Shown: positions 52,913 through 64,000 of the stretch, piece after piece
How the letters are laid out: each line of letters begins with the position of its first letter
Numbering within the stretch: position 1 is the stretch's first letter
NCBI GenBank assembly: GCA_030704615.1
Contig: CM060732.1
Span: 1,302,001 to 1,366,000, forward strand
Direction of reading: 5' to 3'
DNA: 64,000 nucleotides
Origin: Takakia lepidozioides
Taxonomy: Eukaryota; Plantae; Bryophyta
Translations under genes and position numbers: made by a program
Notes under the pieces: model-generated
What the model was told of the DNA's origin: nothing
Database searches by the model: none
The model's input: only the letters and a program-made list of their open reading frames with translations

Positions 52913-54763
52913 ATAACCCTTTGATAAGGCGTTGAGCACAAGACTCAAGGGACAACCAACATAGAAACAAGACGACAAGGCAATGAACCTAAAATCACCA
53001 AGGTGGTACACACTACGGTATCCAACCAAACTACCATTGTTTGTCTATTGCCGGACATCTTCAAATGTCTCCAAACTCTCAAAAGCATATGCATACCCAA
53101 ACACATTAAGTTGATAGGTTGTTTTGGTGTCTATAGGTTGGTTAGCTAACATTCAACTTGCACCGGTGGCCAAGTTGTTCGTCGTGCTCAACTCTTTTTT
53201 TAAGCAAATTTTAGAATTTCTGTTTTATTTTTAAATTTTATATAATTAGCATGCCACATTTTGAATACAAAGAAAAGAAATGGCATATAGAATACTTATT
53301 TTGAAAAATATATATATCCACATGTGGATAAATTTTCAATGATATAAGTATCCCATGGAAATACACTATTGTATATTAGGAGGATGTTTGCACTTGGGGT
53401 CATGACAAGGACAATGGACCATGTGAATGGGCGGTGGAGAGGCAACTATGTTGCAATGTTCGGCCATCATTGGTGCAAAGTTTTAGGAACTGGACACGAT
53501 TATAACTTTTATTACTCATAGACGACTTGGCACAAAGCCTAGAAACTTCACAAGAGACTAATTTATTCTTTCAAATCCACAACAATTTTGTGTGTCTTTT
53601 AGTATCTCTGAGGTTACAACAGTCAAATATTAAGTTAATTATTTAACTTAATATTGATTCATTTATAAGTCTTAAATCACTTCCAACCAATACAAAGTCA
53701 TCTATTCCCCAACTTAATTTCTCAATAATCCACATGACATAAATTCTCTAGCTAATTTTAATGCTTCAATAATACATATGACAAAACTTTGTCAGAGTAA
53801 TATTCTCAAGGATGAAGTCATGACAATACATCTAAAATCGAATTCCTCTATCTCCTATTTTCAAACATTAATATTGACCAAGATTCATAACAACATGATG
53901 TTTCATGACCTTCATATCCTTATCTTTATCATTCTCTATTTCATCATCCTTTATCCCTTATGATCAACATGACATAAACTATAGCTCTTCCTGAGGTCAC
54001 TATGTGTCCCTTGTTATCCATCACAAAAACCTTCATTATCTGGTGGACAGTACCATTCTATATTTATCATTGTTGTCCATATCTTTGTTCCAATGACGTA
54101 ATCCATATGCTAATATTTTATCTTTCACAATATTTGTTATGAGATTATCATGATGATGTGTCTCTGAGAAAATGTCCCACTTTTTGCTTATTGTTCATGT
54201 TTTCTTAATCTTGGTCATATTTTAACCGAGATGATTTGAGCATAAGATACCTAGTTAATGACATGGACAGTCGCACAAGTCCAAGATCTCCAACCCACCC
54301 AGTTCCATGAGAAGGGAAATCCAATAAAGTCTTACATCAAAGCCACAAGTAGGTGGGACACCTTTTGCTTTGGCATGAACTTCGTACCATTGTTAATATG
54401 ACTGACGAGGATCTCCAAGGGAAAGAGTGGAGGAGACAAATTGCGTGACCCAAAAACTCTTTAGGAGAGTGCATGGTTGTGGGAATCATGGCACTTTCTT
54501 TGTCCCCATCTCTTGGTCTATATCTCAAATAGTCACACAAATTTAGACTCTCCTCATTAGTTTTTCTTTTCAGCTGTTAAATCAATGGTCACAATAAACA
54601 TTCAGTTGTCATAGTCATGTTTGAGTTTGATATTTTTTATACAAATGATTTCCATTTCTTAATGATGTTTAGTGTGGATGATAGTCTGAGTCCCTTGTTT
54701 GATATTATATAATGATTATCCATCACCATTATTAGATGATATCTGAAAACCACAAGTTATGAC

Positions 54764-55536
54764 CAGTGTTGTACTGGTATGTCCATTTTGGTATACCCGA
54801 CTGGTCCTGGTAGGTCCAACATGGCTGTTGGGTCCAACTGGTAGGGTCCTGGGTAGATTAGGACTGGCCAGGGTAGGTTATAGGATGGGTATGGGTATTT
54901 CAAATTTTGAGATACCCTGGTCCTTAGGCGTGGGTATGACAAAAACTCAAATGACATACTGGGGCAGTATGTACAATGGTATGGTTATATTTTTAATGGA
55001 TGGTATCTTCGACAATTACATATGGTATTTTAAGGTTAACTTTATGTTTTACATGTCTTTTATATTTGTACCCACAAACCCCTTTGTTATTTACAAATTT
55101 ATATTTTTGCTACATGGTTATGTTATGGTGATCCATGTTGTAGTGGTTTGGATACATGATGCCAGCGGCTCAAATCAGTGATGCCAACGGATGGGAGCCC
55201 AAAGATATAGTGCTATTTTTTACATTGCACAAATGTGAATGAGGATAAGCACAAAAAAATTGCATCATTACACATACCCATGCTAGCTTGGGTTCATCAA
55301 TCCTCAATACGGGTCTCAAGCGGAGTATGAAAAGAGTTCATACTTAGACTGGTATAGTAGGTAAGGGGGTAGGTCCAATGTTCAAAACTCGGGTCCGGGG
55401 TATAGCCCGGGTATACGCCCCAAGACATACCCAACTGGTATGTTCTACAATACCCTTACTCATACCAGTGCACATACCCCGGCTGATGGGCACATACCAG
55501 TACAAGTTTGCTACCTACTCGACGCATTGGACACTG
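54764..55536. mobile_element. hAT-type MITE
   Basis: Ends CAGTGT../..ACACTG with an 8-bp TSD GTTATGAC at 54756-54763 and 55537-55544. Subterminal GGTAT/ATACC motifs are present. Confidence 0.8.
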
Positions 55537-55787
55537 GTTATGACCTACATGTTGCAAGTATGGCAGTGATATGTTGCTTCTAAATGGTTAGAGTGCCTCT
55601 GTTGTAGGCTTAGTCATTTTTACAGTTGTGCCAGAAGAGAGAGCCAAGTCTCTTGGATATATTCTTTAAGAGAAAATGATGACGCCTCCATTTTATTTAT
55701 TTATTTATTTGGCACAAGTGAAGGCAAGTTTACTTCACTGCGAAGAAGAGTACAAAATGTCCAATTTATAATATGCAATATCCACGA

Positions 55788-57085
55788 CAACCAGCATGTA
55801 GCCCGGTGGTATGGCCACATACCACCTTGGATGTGGTTGTGGGTTCAAACCATGGTCTGGTTTGTCATGAAGCGGAAGGAGTAGCCTTTGGGGGTGAAGT
55901 GACTCCATAAGTAGGCTTCCTTCGGGAGGCGTCATACTCCTACTCCTATTCCTGCAATATCCACACTACACCCCATAATCACTATGCCCTCATTATGGTG
56001 GCCATGAGATGACAACCAGCATGTAGCCCAGTGGTAATGGGCACATACCATGTTGGATGTGGTTGTGGGTTCAAACCACGGTGTGATGTGTCATGAAGGT
56101 GTCCACCTTTCAGCTGGAAGACAGTAGCCCTTGTAGTGAAGAGACACCATAAGTTAATGCGGCATACTTTTTTGTTGGCCATGAGATCGAAACATCAGAC
56201 AATAGCCTCATGGATGAAGACATCGTAACCATGACTTAATTAGGATTTGGGACCTAACATGCAATTACTTGGCTAGAGCTTCCTTGCCATGGGTATGTGT
56301 GGTTGCAGTTAGAATATGTTAATGTATATAACTTACCATTCTTTTTTGGTTTGGATTGTTTTTAGTCATGAAAATATCAGCCTAGTGGCTAGGGCACTTA
56401 CAATATGAGACGTAGAACTAACCTCTCTCACAGCCTCTGCAGTTTCTACAATAACATAAGGAACATTAATTAGGTGGTCTGAAGAAGGTAGAATTATTTC
56501 TTTAAAATTTATTTGCTATTTAGAAATGGCATCTAATAGATATGACCCATTGACTATATATATATATTCTTTGAAAAAAATGTCATCTTAAAAACTTGTA
56601 ATGTTTAGCTTCATTGTCCCTACTACCGGCCCTTCAATATTGTTTTCTAGTTTGAGATTGCGTTGAAGCAAAATATTTTAAGAGGGAAAGAAGACGAAGC
56701 AACCGTAAGTTATGGTGTCACTTCATCCCCAAGGGCGACTCTTTTTAAAAAATGGACACCTTCTAATGAGGGGGGGGGGTTGACCATGATAGGTGACATC
56801 CAACATACACCTATGTGGCTTCGAACCTAGGACCACACATAACATTTTATATTTATCCCGAACGGATGAGTAGCAAGCTATGGTGCATCATGTTCATTGC
56901 AAGAGTAACTTAAGTAAAAGCACTTATCATCCAGGGCCAGTGGTTAGGACACAATGCTGCCATACAAGTGGTTGTGGTTTCAAAGCCCACTTATATTTAT
57001 GTTGGATGGTTCACCTTCCTGGAAGGCAGTAGCCCTTCGGGGTCAAGACACACCATAATTTAATCTTCCTTCAGGAGGCATCATA
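55788..57085 (+). mobile_element. Cluster of degenerate tRNA-derived SINE copies
   Basis: A-box-like TAGCCCRGTGGT and B-box GGTTCAAACC at ~55799/55842 and ~56024/56068, with another copy at ~56933. They share a downstream GTAGCCCTT..CCATAA segment. Confidence 0.6.
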
Positions 57086-57999
57086 TACACATATATATGT
57101 TGGATGTTGTCCATTGTGATCATCCCAGCTATATAAAATATGGGACTTTCAAGTAGTCAAGAGTGGACTGGGCGGGCAATCACATTGCTCCCAGTACGGC
57201 CATTAGAGGGTGTCCAGTGTCCACCTTTCAAATGGAAGGCAGCAGCCGTTTGGGATAAAGTGACATAGTAAGTTAACACTTAGGCAAAAGTCTCCTTCTC
57301 TCAAAGGACTCGCGTTTGTCCTGTTTACCTGTCGGATGACAGCCAGCCTTTCTCTTTGCCTCCAACGACATAAAGCATCACACCGCCTACTGGTTGTATT
57401 AGTGGCGACCGAAGAAGCCTCGCATCGGTCAACTTCAAGGCATGTGCCAAGTACATGGCAAGGCCGTTGGGAGCCACGAGTGCTAGCATGTGCCCCACAC
57501 AAGGGCATTGTACATGAGTACAACATTCGTAACTTTTCAATGGTAGCCGACGCTTTTTCAGTCCACGAGACTTGAGCGTTGCCTCTTGTACCAACGGTCA
57601 CTTCAATCTTATTGTTGGTATGGGGACCGCTTAATCTTGCATGGGGTAGAAGATGGCCACCAGCCCTTCCATTGATGACTTTTGTGTTCCTAGAATATAC
57701 AAGCTTCTTGAGATTAGAGCGCATATGATGTTTGTAGAGTTACTGCTGCGGTGGTTCATATAGATTCTCATGTAAATCAATTCTTGTTTTAGACAATAGA
57801 AGCGTCCAAATCTCATTTCAACTAAGGAAGGGGGGAGAAGAAAAACCAACTAATTGAATCACATATTTTGTAAAGGTGCTAGATGAACCTTATCACAAAA
57901 AATTGACAGTACCTGTTTTTCTTATATAGGTTCTATGAAAACCAACATGATTTATATATTTTAAAAAAACTCTATGAAATGCCTTTAAATTTTAATTTT

Positions 58000-58236
58000 T
58001 TATTATCTATTTTTTAAAGCAAGGAAACCTGGGAGCGACAGCCCACAATTCAGGCCCTTGAGGAGGACGAAAAATTAACCCCCTTTAATTTATGGGCCAT
58101 GAGACCTACAGGACGAACAACCCCCAGATAGAGACCGCCACGATCAATCCACACAGGGACAGGGTAGGGCATTGGGTTTGAACCCCGAACCACCAAGGTG
58201 ACACACTGTACACTTACCAGCTGAGCTTCCAACCCA
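58000..58236 (-). mobile_element. tRNA-derived SINE with A-rich tail
   Basis: The minus strand reads GGGTTGGAAGCTCAGCTGGT (A box) .. GGTTCAAACCC (B box) .. CCCAGGTTTCCTT, then an A-rich tail. Confidence 0.7.
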
Positions 58237-61200
58237 TGTGCTAAACATTGTTTCTGAACACCTTTTTTTTTTTAAATAAACTGAAAGGGGACGGAGGCCC
58301 TGTAAGTCATATTAATAAACATGGAAAAATTAACCATGTGAGGTCAATGAGGGATACATCAGGAAGATAGGGTAACCCAGCCATCAAAGGAACTCTTTTG
58401 TAACAAAATCATGTTTAGATTCATTTGTTAAACAAACTTTGACCAATGCCTGATAGAGTGCTCTGGGAGATGAGCTTTGAGACAACTGCCATAATCATCC
58501 CAATGAATGACTTGCTACAAATCTGCTAACTTGATTCTGTAAGAAATGTGTTATAACATTAGTCATGAATATTTCAAGACCCTTGTAAATCATCTAGGCA
58601 TAATCTCTTCACTTGTAAATACATAATATATATATTTCAATTCAACAATATGTTCTTAAACGTGATTGTGGGAGTAAATGAAATGATGAGTTTGTGAGCT
58701 CATTTGTCATCACCATCTTTGAGATGAAAACTAGTTCCAATCATGTGATCCGGCCCTGTCTCCAAGAGGACTATCACGGGCGTCATGCGCAACTTGTACT
58801 GGTACTGCCTACTCACATTGACGCGATTCTGCGTGTCCCTTATGAAGCCGACATAGGACGTTCTCACCCACGATGCTCTTGGTGGGTTGTCGCTCGGCCG
58901 GCTGCAATTGTCATGCTGAACATAGTTTGGTACGCAATGGGTGTTATGACCCCTGTTGTCGATTAATCTTAGTGTGAGATGCTCGTTACAAGATTCCTCC
59001 CATGCGCTAATTGCCTCAATGATGTTGATGTTCGGCTCCACAACGTATTCGTAGGGATGGTATGGATGGGCACGACGTTGATCTTGATGCGTAGGCAACT
59101 CTCACTACGTCTCTTGTTCTCAAGTGCCTATCCTCCTTTCCTCCTTCAATGCCCTGTGAGATCTCCCACTTGATACAGTTTCACTTGGTGTATTTATGGA
59201 TATTACCACTAGAGTCTTGTCCATGGCTCATCCAAGAGAGCAGCCGATGTACCCATCACTTTGATAATAACAGTATTACGTTTGTTAAGGGGGACCTTTT
59301 TTGGCTTAATCTGGATGACCAAGAACCGTTTGACCCACTAGAAATAATGACGGATGAACTATCCTTCATTCATTCATGTGTGCATAAAATATTATGTACA
59401 TCTATGTATGTAAAGCATACATATAGGAATCTGAAGCTTTCATAAATTAAAAAATTAAAAAAACTCAATTCAATGAATTAGGGTACCGTTTTCCGCACAA
59501 GTTTGAGGGGATCAAAATTACACCAAAGTGCTAACGGTGGTGTAGCAGCAGGTTCATGGGACTTAGATTTGAGGTGACGCCGGTTTGAGTACGGAAGTAG
59601 CTAACCAACGCGTTACAATTATATGCAAGTAGAAATGCCACCGTTCTGGGTGACGGTTTGGCAGGGTATGGAACGGTGCGCGGTTGGATATCTCGGGAAT
59701 AGTACCGGAGCCATGGAGTGGACAGAAGCTAGTGTTTGCAGTGTTTGGGGCCACACCTACCTCGATCTTTATAGCCATCTGCTAATGGCCCACCCACTTT
59801 CATGATACCTTTCATGACATGACCCCTGCTGTACTTTTTCAGTTGCAAAATAAATCCTGCCTTGCCAACTTGTAAGCAAAACATATCAATAGTTGTATGC
59901 CAAGCGGCCGTTTGTGTATGCGGCCCGGTTCTTCCCCTTTTTCGTAAACGGTACAGAAATAGAGAAATAGTCATTGGAGGAATTTGCACGGCCACTCTGA
60001 GCGATTCCAATGTTTGAATTATTCTTTTTTACAACCTAAAACTTGCTATTTAAAAGTCAGTATAAAGACTCCTCACAAAAGTTGACTCAGATATATAGCA
60101 AAGGTTAGAAAAACAATTCAGTTGAAAAGTGATGTGGATTTTGGAGCATCTCCACAACTGTGGGCCCTGACAAATCACAGCCATACACATCGCCCACAAC
60201 GTCCAAGAAAATTCCAAACTGTTACACTTTCCATTCCGATTTTTTTGACACCAATCACAGCGTGGATTCCCCTTCCTTGTCAAAGGGCCAGTCAACAACT
60301 TACTGTGTAGACCCCACACAAGTTTGGCTGGACAGGAATGAGAGTGTGGGTGTCCTGTTATTCATCATTTTTGTAATGAATGCTTCCAAATATGGGGCCT
60401 CAACTCAACTTAATCTCCATCTCTTATCTTATCTTCCAATGCATATATTATTCCCTTACCTATCTGATTGGCAGCTTTTAGACCCTTATCCCAATGTCCC
60501 AATAAGTAACTAATGGAAAGCCAGCACCAGTAGTAAACATGACATAACACCCAGCAACTCTGTCCAATAATCCATGAGATTTCCTGGGGGGACACTTGAT
60601 AAATCTCAATCCTGGTTTTTAATTTCCCCCCACCCCCACCCAAGATTTTCCTTTTTCTGAGAAAACTGAAGGGGAGTCAACGGCCTGAATTGTGGGCTGT
60701 CGCTCCCAGGTTTCCTTAAATTTTTTAAAGAAAGAAAAAAAGGGAGCTGCCTATACTTTATTTGGGGATTTTCTGACATTTTTAATTATGAAAATGTCAT
60801 GGATTGCACCAGTCAGAGAGTCACGGTGCCAGAGAGAAACATTAGTAATTTTCACAAACAAGGCCGACAACAGATTGTTGGGGTCGCGTTGTAGTAATAC
60901 TGAGGTATAATCTGCGGGGCAATGTTTGACTAATAATCGGTGCGTTTCTCTCCATACAAGGCCGGCTAGTGTCAACGCTCCGCCCACACAAATGGGTCGA
61001 CGTAAGAACACGATGGTGTGGGCGCCGATTTCTTGGCGCAATACGCTCCAGGAAATTGCCTGTTTTGAAAACAAATACATCGTGTTTGCTTTGGATGATG
61101 GACGACCAGCGAGAGCGAGCGCGTACGCACACTCGGGGACCGAAAATCCCACATGAAAATCAATCTTGTCGACCGGAATATTTGGGGTCAACGCGCACGA

Positions 61201-61487
61201 TTAGTGCGGACCAGCGGAGATGAGAGACAAGTCACAGGCCCCCAACAACTGGCACTCTGTCCAGCAGGCGACCCTACCACGGCATGTTCATCCCCTCACA
61301 AAGTTCATCCATCTTCCTTCCATCCGTGCCGCCCCTTTCTTCATCCATCCCCGGGGGCTGAATCTGCCAAAGTCGCCGCAAGTACGTTTGACTGCAGGCC
61401 GTTGCGCCACGTCCGCGCCGCGCTGGCAGGCGGGCCGTGCGATTACCGGTAGGCTGGAAGCGTCGCCGGAATGGTGGCGGGCGCGCA

Positions 61488-62081
61488 TGGAAAGCGCCAT
61501 CTTGGCGCTGCCGCGTCCATGTGCGGGCTCATGGAGGGGCGCCGCGGTGGGGCTGCGCGATGCCGATCATGCAGCGGCCCGCGGATCGAGAAGCGAGCGA
61601 TGCGAGGCTTTTGTTAGGCAGCGCGGCTGGGCCCGTGGGAAGAAGACAAGCAGCGGTTCGGAAATAGCGCGGGCGCAGCAGCACCGCGCTGCGATGCTGC
61701 CAAAGGGGCCATCCAAATTTGGTGGAGATTAATGGCGGCGACATGCAATAGGCCATGCTGCTGCTGCGCAATCTATGGTGCAAGGCCCTGCAAGGCAGCC
61801 CTAATAACGATGGACATCCTGCCAAGGCAGCTAGAATTATGGACGTGTGTGGCAGACTGCCGAGGTGCAGGGAGGCTCGGAGAGAGTGGAGACTGCAGCT
61901 GCCTCACGTGTCAGCGTTCCCTCTTTACGCTTCCGCCGTCGATTATTCAATTGGTGCTGCATCGCAGGAGCCACGTCAGAATGATAAGACGTGTTCATAC
62001 AGTAAGAGCCTGCAGTGGAAGGAGAGTCGCAAAGGAAATGAAGGTCTGGCTGCCTGGCTTGTTAGATACTCGTCAGGCTGG
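61488..62081 (+). other. GC-rich putative first exon of an unidentified or decayed gene
   Basis: ATG in a CpG-rich island, Ala/Arg/Ser-rich translation and a GTGAGT donor at ~62082. The reading frame is broken and no domain was recognised. Confidence 0.2.
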
Positions 62082-64000
62082 GTGAGTCATCACCATAAGT
62101 TGCAATATGATTTGCTGCACCATTATTTGTAATGCCGCATTAATCATCAACACACTTTCCTGAGACATTCTCAAAGAATCTCTGTTGGTTATTACTACCA
62201 CAATCTCACCTTGTCTCCCAATCTGGGACCCCGGAATTATGGGCGTATGAATGTGTAATTTATCCGTGTAAGTACGTTATGTAGCTAGAGCTACACCACC
62301 CCCAAACCGGATCGAAGCGCAGCGTCACTGGGTGGGCGGCAGCGCTGGGGCCCTCCTCTCAGTCACAACCCGAGAAAGAAGGTGCCCAAGAAACAGGACG
62401 CGCCGGAATAGCGAAGTGTGAAGGTCTTCTGGACTACCTAGAGCAAGCTAGTAGGCTATCTCAACCACCAGGCCAGCACTCACCCCACACGTGTAATCCT
62501 TACAAGCTGTAGTCCAACAAAAGTCCTCCTTCCCAACCCTTCTTCTCTCTTCCGCTGCTTTTACTCTTCAACTGCGCAACCGTGCCAGGGCACGCAAAGC
62601 TGCAACAGCCCAGCTGTGGCCGACCATGGTTCTGCCCAAGTTACCTGCGTCACCTCCCTCCCTGCACTCCTGCGACGTGCGAGACGACTCTGATCACACA
62701 CACACACTCTTGAAGGAGATTGCTACTTATTACGCTCCAGCAAGAGACCATGACCGTCTACAGAAAGTATCCAGGGTTAATAACTAGGGATGATAATAAC
62801 TTGAATGTAGCTCCGATCCTACACTGCCGCCATTGAACTGAATGACACCACTGGTCTTTCATTCATTATCTGGTTACAATCTGAGGGTTGACGGTAAGGA
62901 ATATGTGGTTCAACTTCAAACTGATTCCAGATGACTACAAATTTTGTCTTGACACTGATGAATGCTTTGGAAATGTAGTATAAGTTCTGCCCTATCCACA
63001 ATGCTTCCATTTCCATGTCCTACTTTTGCACTCTTCAATGCTGCAGAGCCTCATTAGGCTGAATAAGAATCACAACGTGCACGGGATTACTTGCCTACAA
63101 GAAGTGTGACATGGGCGATGTGGGCTGGCATCATGCTGCACGGAAGTGCCACGGAAGTGGGCGTGACTCGCTAAAGCCGCAAAATTCTATCACCATTCAA
63201 CCTTGCCAATTTATGATCCTACAGTTTTGGCGAACGAAATCTGACGGATGAGTTCTATGTGAGAAACACTTTTCCTTCACCCTGCCCTCACCGCTGGGAC
63301 TCGGCCGACTTCTGGCCTTTCCTCTTTCTCTTCATTCCTAAAAAACGCTTGTAACATATATGATATCTGACAGTTAAATGAATATTTCCATGCAGCGAGT
63401 CTTTTTGGGAAGAAGGAATATTAAAAACAGGTCAAGCTAAAATAACCCTTGCGGATTTGTCAAACTAGAATTAAGAAGGGTGGGATCCGTCCCGTCCCCG
63501 TTCACCAAAATAAACCCGCAACAGCGTAGGTACTGTGGGGCGTCCTCATCACCACGCCCTGCGATGAGAGCCAAGTTGATAACATCATTATTTCCACAAT
63601 GCCTTTATTATTGCGTCCCTGTGGGCAGGCCCTTTTCTTCTGGCCACACTGACCCCAGTACCCCACACTGCGCTGTGGAGCGAAGGGCGGCCCAACTTGT
63701 TTCCAAACGTCCCGCTCGCCCGGCCAGCCCAATCACGCGCCTGCTTCCTCGCCTGCTCGCCCCCCTTCCTCCACCCCCTCCCTCGCTCGCCCGCTCGCGC
63801 ACAGCGTCAGCGCCTCTGACCGAGCAGCTTGGGCTGGTCAAAACAGCCCAGCAAGCAACAAGCAACTGGAGGGGATGGAGACCCGTAACCGCGCACGAAT
63901 GTTGACGCGACGCGGTCGAATCACCACCGCGGGCGTGGAGTGCCGGATTGAATACCGCGACGGGGACGTCTGCGGTGGAGTGTGCGGCCTGCGTGCTGCT

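Noticed and set aside
55788-58236. tRNA genes
   Set aside because: A and B boxes are present but no cloverleaf could be drawn, and shared non-tRNA 3' bodies indicate SINEs.
57203-59400. Coding-like minus-strand ORFs (57203-57724, 58700-59098)
   Set aside because: No recognisable motifs; probably decayed fragments that cannot be assigned without a search.
63480-64000. 141-aa ORF in GC-rich DNA at the window end
   Set aside because: Low-complexity GC-rich island, more likely a promoter or 5' UTR of a neighbouring gene.

Overview
Eukaryotic, intron-containing land-plant DNA, probably a non-seed plant (inferred from a nuclear sigma-70-type gene, PLS-class PPR fragments, L1/hAT/CACTA elements and CAG>TAG decay). 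Bases 1-14 kb hold a decayed three-gene cluster: (i) a spliced RAG1/Transib-like DDE transposase (minus strand), (ii) a GCM/WRKY-like zinc finger plus MULE-like transposase (minus, truncated), and (iii) a divergently transcribed, spliced ParB-like plus beta-class N6A/N4C DNA methyltransferase gene (plus). About 24 copies of a 26-bp palindrome (TTAAGGCATCG-TTGA-CGATRCCTTAA) lie only in introns of gene (iii) and in the intergenic DNA, mostly at a ~136-bp period. A second array at 26.2-27.6 kb has a different stem but the same architecture (TTATGTGGGCG-TTGA-CGCCCACATAA), and a paralogous methyltransferase last exon lies at 22.4-22.6 kb. Together these suggest a family of large DNA elements with a ParB-MTase and palindrome arrays. 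The rest contains a highly divergent plastid-type sigma factor gene (30.3-38.2 kb), a possible decayed sigma paralog, PPR fragments, a full-length L1, an internally deleted L1, a non-L1 LINE fragment, a hAT MITE, tRNA-derived SINEs and a recent 1019-bp tandem duplication. All assignments come from manual translation and motif recognition; no searches were run.
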